Source: Candidatus Iainarchaeum sp.
Lineage (GTDB): Archaea > Iainarchaeota > Iainarchaeia > Iainarchaeales > SKW153
Assembly (NCBI GenBank): GCA_026414365.1
Contig: JAOAJD010000001.1
Location: forward strand, 413,745-477,744
Length of the DNA: 64,000 bases
Direction of reading: 5' to 3'
How positions within the stretch are numbered: the stretch's first letter is position 1; every line of letters starts with the position of its first letter. The notes under the pieces are model-generated. The model did not search any database, had not been told where the DNA came from, and saw only the letters and a program-made list of their open reading frames with translations. Positions 1 to 8,233 of the stretch are shown piece by piece. Made by a program: the position numbers and the translations under genes.

Positions 1-1
1 C

Positions 2-400
2 ATGAAAATAAACAACCCAATAATAGAAAATTCATGGGAGAAACTTAATGAGTCGATAGATATTTTCAAAGACTTAAGGATAAGGAAAGTAATTAGAATT
101 ACTGCTATAGAAGGATATAACATAGATAAAGCTAAAGATTTTGCTAAAATAGTTGATAGAGCAAACCCAGAATTTGTTGAGGTCAAAGCATATATGCATG
201 TAGGATATAGTAGAGAAAGACTCAAAGAGCACAATATGCCATCGTTTGAAAAGATAAAAAGTTTAGCAGAAGAAATTGTGAAATATAGTGAGAATTATTT
301 CTTAGCAGATTACTCTAAAGATAGCAGGGTAGTTTTATTAGTCAGAAAAGATTTAAAAGGAAAAGATTTGACAATTAATAATAGCAGATTAGTTGTTTAA
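2..400 (+). CDS. taw1: tRNA 4-demethylwyosine synthase (Taw1/Tyw1 family), C-terminal fragment; 5' end outside window
   Basis: Frame open to window edge. C-terminal wyosine-formation-domain-like signature PEFVEVKAYMHVGYSRERL...NMPSFEKI, as in radical-SAM Tyw1/Taw1. Confidence 0.7.
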   Translation: MKINNPIIENSWEKLNESIDIFKDLRIRKVIRITAIEGYNIDKAKDFAKIVDRANPEFVEVKAYMHVGYSRERLKEHNMPSFEKIKSLAEEIVKYSENYFLADYSKDSRVVLLVRKDLKGKDLTINNSRLVV

Positions 401-418
401 TTAATATTAAATATTTAA

Positions 419-688
419 GTGACTTTTATGGAAGATGATGATTTAGAAAAGGCAACAAGAAGACTCAAATCAGACAAAAATAATATTTTAACTCCTTTAC
501 TAATTGCCTTCATTTTAGGGTTATTGTTAGGGGCTTTTTTGCAACACTTTTTTTTAGAGGAGACAATTTTAAAGTTACAAGGAAAGGATTATGATACGTT
601 AAAGAAAAAGAATGAAGAGCTGGACAGAGAATTAGACAGATTTTACAAATGTATAATTGATAATAATATTAGCCCAACGTCTTGTTAG
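419..688 (+). CDS. hypothetical small bitopic membrane protein with coiled-coil tail
   Basis: 89-aa ORF (GTG 419 or ATG 428). One predicted TM (ILTPLLIAFILGLLLGAFLQHFF) followed by a charged helical segment. No family recognised. Confidence 0.4.
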   Translation: MTFMEDDDLEKATRRLKSDKNNILTPLLIAFILGLLLGAFLQHFFLEETILKLQGKDYDTLKKKNEELDRELDRFYKCIIDNNISPTSC

Positions 689-738
689 TAAAACTAGCAA
701 TCTAGCATAGTTTTTTTAAAAATTATTTTAATGTAAAT

Positions 739-1347
739 TTATAAAATAACTTCTTCAATTTCACCATCTGGAGTTTTTTCTCTAAATATTTGAGCTTGGA
801 ATTTGCTTATTTTTACCTCTTTATCTTTCCAACAACCTTTCTTTAATCCTGCTTTTTGGCAACAACAGTCCAAAAATTCTTCTTTAGTAAAATCAAATTC
901 AATCGCTACTTGAGGTAAAAGTAAACCTTCATTCAATCCCTTCTTTATTATTACCCCATCTTTTCCTATATTAATCTCCTTCAAAATGTCTTCTGGTTCG
1001 TCTTTTAATATTTGTTGTGGTTCAGTTAATACTGAAATTTCTATTATAATATTTTTAAGCTCATTAAATTCTACAGGATAAAATCTAGGGTCATAAAATG
1101 CAGAACTTATTGCAGCCTCAACTATTGCCTCATTTAATGGTATTACAGGTTTTACTATTCCAATACATCCTCTAAGCTCCATAGATGGGTATTTGTGTAA
1201 AGTAACAAAGACACCTTTCTTAGTTTTTAGTTTATTGTTTTCTATTTTTTCTTTTAATCTTTCGTGTGTATGTATAAAATATTCTATTGATTTTCTTGCT
1301 AATTTTATTAATATTTTTCCTTCTTTAATTGTTAACTCTTCTCCCAT
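739..1347 (-). CDS. AMMECR1-domain protein (AmmeMemoRadiSam system protein A-like)
   Basis: Family signature ELRGCIG plus YDPRF and GLLLPQV motifs; 202 aa is the typical size. Confidence 0.9.
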   Translation of the reverse strand: MGEELTIKEGKILIKLARKSIEYFIHTHERLKEKIENNKLKTKKGVFVTLHKYPSMELRGCIGIVKPVIPLNEAIVEAAISSAFYDPRFYPVEFNELKNIIIEISVLTEPQQILKDEPEDILKEINIGKDGVIIKKGLNEGLLLPQVAIEFDFTKEEFLDCCCQKAGLKKGCWKDKEVKISKFQAQIFREKTPDGEIEEVIL

Positions 1348-1978
1348 GTCTTCTCTTTCTCCTTAGCACCTTTTCTTCAGTTGTTGGTAGAGGTTCAGGT
1401 AGTTCAGCGATATCTTTTGCGATCTCTTCTGTTTTTAATTGAAATTCTTGGATTTCACTCATGCTTATTCTTCTTTCAGCTTCTTTTAATATATCTCTAG
1501 CTTCTTCCTTATAAAGCTGGTTTATAGCTGCTTCTATTTCGACCAACTTTTGTTGTTTATCTTTACAAAATTCTTTATACATGTTTTCATCAATTTTTCT
1601 TTTAAAATACAATTCTTTTGCTTTTGCAAGTTCTCTAAGTAAAATATCTTTTTTACTAAGTAAACTTTTTAGTTCTCCTCTTCTCTTTTCACTTAATTTA
1701 TCTATATCATCGGCATATTTATTTAGCCTATTCTCTATTTTATTTATCTCAATTTCAGTTTCTAATGTTATCAACTCTTTGCTCTTTTCTCCTACTATTT
1801 TTTTATAAGCTTCCTCAGAAATTTCCCTCTTCATAAACTTTGTTTCTGCTAGTTTTATTTCACTTTCTAATAGTTCCTTTCTTTTTTGTAGTTCTTGGGT
1901 ATTATACCTTCCTATTTTAAGATATTTTTTAATATTTTCCAAAATACCAGAAATTGTTCTTGCTATTGTAGTTATCAT
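1325..1978 (-). CDS. hypothetical all-helical coiled-coil protein
   Basis: 217-aa Lys/Glu-rich ORF overlapping the AMMECR1 start by 23 nt. Two I(S/D)E..YK motifs; basic C-terminus RRKRRHGRR. Confidence 0.55.
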   Translation of the reverse strand: MITTIARTISGILENIKKYLKIGRYNTQELQKRKELLESEIKLAETKFMKREISEEAYKKIVGEKSKELITLETEIEINKIENRLNKYADDIDKLSEKRRGELKSLLSKKDILLRELAKAKELYFKRKIDENMYKEFCKDKQQKLVEIEAAINQLYKEEARDILKEAERRISMSEIQEFQLKTEEIAKDIAELPEPLPTTEEKVLRRKRRHGRRVNN

Positions 1979-2113
1979 GCATATAGTTTAAGTTTTTTTT
2001 AGAATAAATTTTTTGCGTGCTCTTGATTTGGAGATTTTATTAAAGTAGTATTAAAGTTATAAATTCGTCTATTGACGAAATAATTAAATATTCTTATCTT
2101 CTTTATTGTTTTT

Positions 2114-5100
2114 ATGAAAAAGATTCTTTTTGTTTTGTTGCTTTTTGTTTTTTTATTATGCGGGTGTATAGAAAATTCCTATAAAGAATTAAGATACGAG
2201 TGTCTTATCTTAAGTTCTTATTCTTCACAAAGCATAGTTGAATGCAATAATCAGGAAGATTGTTACAATAAGGTGAATAATTTTTTCGGTGTTGATGAGA
2301 AGGAATTTGAATATCCAGCAAATATTTATTTTCATGAATATAAAAATCATTTGGCAAGATCTTGGTTTTATTATAATAAGTCACTAAAGAACATAAGAGA
2401 AATACATAGAATTTGTAATAATACTGATTTGAATGAGTACGAGCTCAAAGATGAGGTCGATGATTTTATAAATAATTTTACTTTTTCTGTGGAGGAAACT
2501 CAAAAAGCAAATAAAAAAGCTATAGAATTAATTATAAGCTTGAAAAAATATTTGGATAAGGAAGAAATACCTCTCACTAAAGAAGAGCCATGGTTCATTA
2601 GTTATTCTATTTTAGAAAAAAACATTCTAATATTAAAAGGTATTGAGAGGATTGACGAAGAAACTTATGTTGGAAGATTTCTTAAAGAGACTAATAGACT
2701 AGATGAATTAGCCAAAAAGGTTGGTTTTCAAAGAAGATTAATGTCTGATTTACCAATAGTGCAATATTTTGACTACTTTGAAAATAAAGTCCCGTATTTT
2801 GAAAACATAGGACCTTTTAATCTTTCTCAATTCTTGAGAGAGTTTATCGACTATATTTCAGAAAGGAGTATACTTGAAGAAGCCAATAGTATTTTACGCT
2901 CCAGTAATGCATTCGAATTTTTCAATATTTATGATTCTCTGGTTGGAAAATCAAATTCTTTACCATCTTTACTTAAAGATAATTTACTCTCTTATATAAA
3001 AGCTAAAAAAATTTTTTACCAAAACATAGATTTTTTGTTTGACTCATTAGATAAGAATATTTTGTACGTTGAAGATAAGTTAAACTATTTATACTCGAAA
3101 GAATTTGACAGGTTGGATTCAAACTTTTTAAAACGTCTTATAGACATATCCCCAAAATCAACATCAATTTCTGCAAAAAACTTCGCGTTTGAATCTTTGG
3201 GCGGAGAAAAAGAAGAATTGGTAAAAAAGTTATATCAACTAAAATCTGAATTTTCTTCGATTAAAGAACAATATTATTTAAACAAGATTTCTTTAGGAAG
3301 ACTACTGCTTTCGCTTAAACAGAATAGTCTAAAAATTTTTGAGATAAAAAATAATGTTGATTTTTTATCATCCGAATTTCTCTTAAATTTAGATGCGATT
3401 TGTAAAGAAAGATTGGAGTTTATCAAAAGAGATGTAAGTCAAGAAAGAGATTATAAATTAATAAGTCTGAGTGCATCACTACTTTTTAATATCGAAAATT
3501 TTGAAAAAGAAAACAAACTAGATAAAAGAATTATTCTTTGTTATGATGCTATCAACAAATACGATGAATACCTTTTTGCAAAAGATTCTTACCAAAGATA
3601 TCTAGCTTTTGAGAAGGCAAAGTTGGATAACTGTTTTGTTTCACTGAAAGAGTTTTTCAAAGATAATAGCAATCAAAAAAATTATCCTGACTCTTTGTTA
3701 CAGAGGTTTAATTATCTAAAGGAGATATTGAAGGACAATAATAACTTGATTTATTTATTAGATAGCTGCGAAGAGTTGAAAAAAGATATCTTAGATTATT
3801 TTTTAGATTCTGAGGATATGAAACAGTTTGTTTATTATTATAAAGAATCCAAGCAATATCTCTCTATTTTACAAAAGTTGAATGCATATATGAATAGACA
3901 ACAAATAAACAGATACAATAATTTAGCAGAGTTAATTAAAACATGTGATTTTTTCGATAATAATGACAACCTAACAATTTTTTTAAAATGTAAGGATCTA
4001 GAAATAAACGTTGTTTATAATAATATAAAATCTCTATTTTATGAAGTATTTATATCATATTTAGAAAAAAAAGCGAATTATGAGATTGTTTGTAGTAGTT
4101 TTCCAGAAATTGATAATAATGTTGACTGTAACATAATAATATCTTTTGTAAATAATATAGCTAATATTGATGAAGACTTTGTTTTTTCTCTGCCAGTTAA
4201 TCTAGATAAAATAACTTCTATTGTTTATAAAGATAACCATATAAAAGAGGTCTTTGTCGATGCCAACAAGATAACGATTGATTTTAGTTTTGTTCCTCTT
4301 GGCAAAACTCTATTAATATTATCTTTCAATTCAATGATTGCTAAATCTTATAATGAGCAAAAGTTAGTTTATGCAACTCTTAGTAATGCAGTTTTCAAAA
4401 GGCAGGTTACTGTTCATATCAAACAATTATATTCAAATGATTTAAAAGGTAAAAACTGTTTTAATCTCAATAATTTTAAAGTTTCTGATGTTTATGTTGT
4501 TTCAGATAGTTTAAAGAGTTACTTCCTAGATGATAATGGCTGTGTTGTTTACATCATAAAACCAAGATTAAATAAAGAAGATGTTTTTATTTATTTTTCA
4601 ATTTTACAGCCATTTGAATATAGTTTTAAATTAGAGAGCCAGAATAGTGATGAGAATTATACTTATTACTTTTATAAGGCCATATTAATGAACAGATTAG
4701 ATGTCGATTTAGAAAATGCAAAGATAGAAATTAATTTTGCCAAAGGTGCTGATAATGTAGATATTTATGATGATTCCTTTACTAAAGTAGTTACAGAGTC
4801 TTTAAATAGTTCGTTAATTTTCAGATCATCGTTTTTGCCAAAACAAAGAAAAACATTCTATATTAGTTTCAAGGTTCGTAACTATCAAGATTTTTGGGTA
4901 AAGAAAATTTCTGACACAATTTCAAAACTCTTGTCTATAAATAAAAAAGATTCAAACCAACTTATAGAAGAATTAAAGTCTTATTATAATAAAGATTTAA
5001 GAGATAACAAAACAATTAGTTCATTGATTGAGTTACTTAATAGATCGGATAATTTTATTAGAAGTTGCCAAATTGAAGAATCGGAGAAGTCAAAGTTAGA

Positions 5101-6190
5101 TGCTTTATATTATGAAGTTTTAGAAAAAAGAAATAAACTAAAAAATAGTTTGGATGTTTTAGAAAGACTTAAACTCATTGAAGATTATAACATTTTAAAC
5201 TCCATATTGCAAAATATTGACCGTGCAATGTTAGATTTTAACAACTATTATGAAAAAAAAGATTATCAGAAAGCAAAAGAGTTGTTGTATTATTCACTGT
5301 CTTTGTTATCTGGGGCATCTGAAAAGTCTTTGCAAAATACATTATTTGATAAATGGATTGAACTTAAAAAGCAATTTGATTTGCTGCTGGCGGATAGTAT
5401 AGGTATTGAAAAGAAAATATTCAAGGAAAAATCAGATGCTTTAGAGAATACTTTTAACAAATATCTCAAAATTAGCGACATAAATTCTGCAGCAGACGTT
5501 TTAAACGAATTTTCGGTTTTACTAAAAAGTTTATCAGAAAGCAATTCGAAGAACAAAGAAAATATCTGCAATGATAACTTCAGAATATATAACGAGAATA
5601 ACGAACTATTGCTAAAATCAGAACAACTATTAACTAAATTATCAGATAACCTTAATTCTTTACCAGATGGTTTTTTTGAATCTATATCTTATGTTCCTCC
5701 TTTCTCCAAATCTGATTTAGATAGTTATTCAAAAAAATTATCACAACAGAGAACAAAAATTTTGTTAATAACAATTGATGAAAATTCTTGTATTGATCAA
5801 AACAATAAGAAGGTTCTTGAGAGTATTAACTCTAATTTAAACGATATTTTCGATAGGATTTCTAGAGATTATAATAAATTAAAAAAAGATGCAGAAGAAG
5901 TAATATTTTTAGCAAAGTTAAAAAAAGATAGTTCTCTGCCCAATAAGAAAGCTGATGAGCTATTTGAAAAAGCGAAAGAATTTTTGAGCAAACAGGAATT
6001 TCTCAAAGCAATAGCATACGCAAAAGCTTCGACAGAAGCATACTCTTTCAGAGAGCCTACTGCAAACCTTTATCTTGCAAATTTTCCATTTTCTATAGTT
6101 TTAATCCTTTTAATTTTGATTCTATTTTTAATATTAAAATTCAGAGAAACAAAAGGGCAAAGAACTGTTAGGATTTTAAGGGACTTTTGA
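2114..6190 (+). CDS. very large (1358 aa) predicted surface protein: lipobox signal peptide plus C-terminal TM anchor
   Basis: N-terminus MKKILFVLLLFVFLLCGC (signal peptide with lipobox-like LCGC). Long Asn/Lys/Glu-rich helical body. C-terminus ANFPF-SIVLILLILILFLIL-KFRETKG. Uninterrupted 4 kb ORF in a stop-codon-rich AT genome. Confidence 0.8.
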   Translation: MKKILFVLLLFVFLLCGCIENSYKELRYECLILSSYSSQSIVECNNQEDCYNKVNNFFGVDEKEFEYPANIYFHEYKNHLARSWFYYNKSLKNIREIHRICNNTDLNEYELKDEVDDFINNFTFSVEETQKANKKAIELIISLKKYLDKEEIPLTKEEPWFISYSILEKNILILKGIERIDEETYVGRFLKETNRLDELAKKVGFQRRLMSDLPIVQYFDYFENKVPYFENIGPFNLSQFLREFIDYISERSILEEANSILRSSNAFEFFNIYDSLVGKSNSLPSLLKDNLLSYIKAKKIFYQNIDFLFDSLDKNILYVEDKLNYLYSKEFDRLDSNFLKRLIDISPKSTSISAKNFAFESLGGEKEELVKKLYQLKSEFSSIKEQYYLNKISLGRLLLSLKQNSLKIFEIKNNVDFLSSEFLLNLDAICKERLEFIKRDVSQERDYKLISLSASLLFNIENFEKENKLDKRIILCYDAINKYDEYLFAKDSYQRYLAFEKAKLDNCFVSLKEFFKDNSNQKNYPDSLLQRFNYLKEILKDNNNLIYLLDSCEELKKDILDYFLDSEDMKQFVYYYKESKQYLSILQKLNAYMNRQQINRYNNLAELIKTCDFFDNNDNLTIFLKCKDLEINVVYNNIKSLFYEVFISYLEKKANYEIVCSSFPEIDNNVDCNIIISFVNNIANIDEDFVFSLPVNLDKITSIVYKDNHIKEVFVDANKITIDFSFVPLGKTLLILSFNSMIAKSYNEQKLVYATLSNAVFKRQVTVHIKQLYSNDLKGKNCFNLNNFKVSDVYVVSDSLKSYFLDDNGCVVYIIKPRLNKEDVFIYFSILQPFEYSFKLESQNSDENYTYYFYKAILMNRLDVDLENAKIEINFAKGADNVDIYDDSFTKVVTESLNSSLIFRSSFLPKQRKTFYISFKVRNYQDFWVKKISDTISKLLSINKKDSNQLIEELKSYYNKDLRDNKTISSLIELLNRSDNFIRSCQIEESEKSKLDALYYEVLEKRNKLKNSLDVLERLKLIEDYNILNSILQNIDRAMLDFNNYYEKKDYQKAKELLYYSLSLLSGASEKSLQNTLFDKWIELKKQFDLLLADSIGIEKKIFKEKSDALENTFNKYLKISDINSAADVLNEFSVLLKSLSESNSKNKENICNDNFRIYNENNELLLKSEQLLTKLSDNLNSLPDGFFESISYVPPFSKSDLDSYSKKLSQQRTKILLITIDENSCIDQNNKKVLESINSNLNDIFDRISRDYNKLKKDAEEVIFLAKLKKDSSLPNKKADELFEKAKEFLSKQEFLKAIAYAKASTEAYSFREPTANLYLANFPFSIVLILLILILFLILKFRETKGQRTVRILRDF

Positions 6191-7466
6191 AAGCAAACTT
6201 TCCAACCTTCTTTTTCTCTTCTTCTTTTTTCTTACCTTTTTTGTCAGAGATCATATAGATGTATATAATTATTAATAAACCTATTAATAAAGATACGATC
6301 GAAACTACAACTAATATTTTTTCAAAAGACTTTTCTACCAAAATTTCAAAGTTGTTACATTTCTTCTCTTCTCCAATCAACGAACAACTCAAAACATAAG
6401 TCCCTTCTTCCTTTGCAAGAAAGATTGCTTTTATTTCAATTACTTCATCTGGTCTTATCTCTTCTATTGCTTTTATTTCAGCATTATCTAAAAATCTTAT
6501 AATGCTATTTTTAGTGTTATTCTTTATCTCTGGTTTTATTTTTATATCGTATATTGAGTATTTAGAACCATTTTTTATCTTAAAATAAATTTCTTTCGGC
6601 TCATTAGCCTTTGCAACATTATCTTCCGCAAATATTTCTATATTCAAATCTTCTATGTTTTTTTTGATTTCAAGATAAGTTCTCTCAGTTTTCATAGTTA
6701 TCTCTTCGCCAAATATGTTTGTATATTTTAAAATAGATGGTTGTAAGCTGAGGGTTGTATTTTTTTTAGCTCTTAACACATATTTCTCTATAATTGTTGC
6801 GGGTTCTATACATTTTTCATCATCGTATTTTTTGCATTTGTCTAGAAGTAACTCTTTTTCCAAATCCCCTTTTAATATTCTTATAAAGGGAAACACTTCT
6901 TCTGGATCTTGTGGAGAAAAAATAATTTTTACATTTGCTTCTCTGCTACCATAATTATCAACTTTTACTAAAACTTCAAATTCTTCTCCAACTTGTATTT
7001 TATCTTTAGCAACATATTGGCTTATTTTGATATCTGGCATTAGATACTTACCAACTTTTGATTCGTTGTATATTTTTATTTTTAAAGTATTTGCTTTAGG
7101 ATTTACGCATATCTCGATTTCATTTTCTTCATCTAAAATTCTTTTTTCTAATAAAATCCTCTTCCAACCACTTATGAAATTAGATGGTGTGTAGTTGCCT
7201 AAAATTTTATTATTTAGCTTTACAGTAATCTCTGCGTGGTTATCCGCGACAGGTAGAAAATCAGCTTTTAGGGAGAATACTACATATTCTTCTTTATTTG
7301 GTTTTTCTATTCTAAAGTTGTATTTTTGGCAACCTGAACTATCTGCTACAAAATCTTCATAGCCTAAAGAAGCAAAAGAAAATTCTACCGGTTTTTCTGT
7401 TTGTTGTGCATAGCTAAAGCTCGCAAGCAAAGCAAGTAGCACTAAATAAAATACCCTTTTTATCAT
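6168..7466 (-). CDS. secreted/membrane-anchored hypothetical protein, possible CARDB/Ig-like beta domains
   Basis: Signal peptide MIKRVFYLVLLALLASFSYAQQ. Beta-rich body with a CARDB-like stretch VGEEFEVLVKVDNYGSREANVKIIF. C-terminal TM ILVVVSIVSLLIGLLIIIYIYMI plus Lys/Glu tail. ATGA overlap with the upstream Fap7 gene. Confidence 0.75.
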   Translation of the reverse strand: MIKRVFYLVLLALLASFSYAQQTEKPVEFSFASLGYEDFVADSSGCQKYNFRIEKPNKEEYVVFSLKADFLPVADNHAEITVKLNNKILGNYTPSNFISGWKRILLEKRILDEENEIEICVNPKANTLKIKIYNESKVGKYLMPDIKISQYVAKDKIQVGEEFEVLVKVDNYGSREANVKIIFSPQDPEEVFPFIRILKGDLEKELLLDKCKKYDDEKCIEPATIIEKYVLRAKKNTTLSLQPSILKYTNIFGEEITMKTERTYLEIKKNIEDLNIEIFAEDNVAKANEPKEIYFKIKNGSKYSIYDIKIKPEIKNNTKNSIIRFLDNAEIKAIEEIRPDEVIEIKAIFLAKEEGTYVLSCSLIGEEKKCNNFEILVEKSFEKILVVVSIVSLLIGLLIIIYIYMISDKKGKKKEEEKKKVGKFAFKSPLKS

Positions 7467-7993
7467 ATCAACCCTTTTTCCTTAAGCCTAATAATAACAA
7501 GCTCTTTTGTATTTTTAAAACTTCTTTGAGATTCTATTTCTATTATTTTGTCCTTAGGGTAGTTTCTAAAAGTATGTTTTTTGCAATATTCAATACCTTC
7601 ACAGAATACATTGTCCATAATTTTTTCGTAGTTATAGCCGCGGGCCTCTAATCTATATTCTAAGATTTCTGGATGTAGAGTAATTAAAATTACTACATCA
7701 GCATTTATCTTTGCCTCACATAAAGTATGTCCTTCTATTATAAGCCTATTTTCTTTTTTTATTTTTTCATTCAATTTTTTCTCCATTTTTTTTATATCAA
7801 TTTCAACTTCTTTTATTTCATCATTCCATTTGCCTAATTTATTTTCGAGTGCAAATTCTCTTTCGTTTATAACTTTACAATTTAGTATTTTAGATAAATA
7901 TTTAGCCAAAGTTGTTTTTCCTACTCCTGGACTACCTGTAATTACTAAAATTAGTTTTCTTTTTTTATATTTCATCTTAGTCTTTTTTAGCAT
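7463..7993 (-). CDS. fap7: Fap7/AK6-type adenylate kinase-like NTPase (small-subunit ribosome biogenesis factor)
   Basis: P-loop ITGSPGVGKTT, REFALE, IIEGH and HPEILEYRLEARGY collinear with archaeal Fap7. True start may be the downstream ATG at 7975. Confidence 0.85.
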   Translation of the reverse strand: MLKKTKMKYKKRKLILVITGSPGVGKTTLAKYLSKILNCKVINEREFALENKLGKWNDEIKEVEIDIKKMEKKLNEKIKKENRLIIEGHTLCEAKINADVVILITLHPEILEYRLEARGYNYEKIMDNVFCEGIEYCKKHTFRNYPKDKIIEIESQRSFKNTKELVIIRLKEKGLI

Positions 7994-8233
7994 TAGTACA
8001 TTTTTTACTCAATATTAAAACATCATCTTTAAGTTGAATACCGCCTTTTTCTATTGCTTCGCACAACTTTGAAATTTTTTCTGCACTCATTGGAGATATT
8101 TATTTAACAAAAAATTATTTAAACATATTTCTAAAATTTTTTTAATTAGAAAATATTAAGTAAGAAATTATAAAGTTATAATCTTAGCGTATTTAATACT
8201 TTTTTGAATTTTCAAAAAAAGGTTTTGTATTAC

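Noticed and set aside
2-400. The radical-SAM fragment at the window start as the missing third component of the AmmeMemoRadiSam system next to AMMECR1.
   Set aside because: Its C-terminal sequence (EVKAYMHVGYSRERL...NMP) matches the wyosine-formation domain of Tyw1/Taw1, not the AmmeMemoRadiSam activase. A separate small ORF and the opposite strand lie between it and AMMECR1.
7977-8090. A 37-aa minus-strand ORF (MSAEKISKLCEAIEKGGIQLKDDVLILSKKCTNAKKD) upstream of and abutting fap7, preceded by a TATA-like TTTAAATA about 37 nt upstream.
   Set aside because: It has no SD, no recognisable motif (not a zinc ribbon), and is below any length where chance ORFs can be excluded. It could equally be the 5' leader of the fap7 operon. 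It is worth checking only if transcript or proteome data exist.
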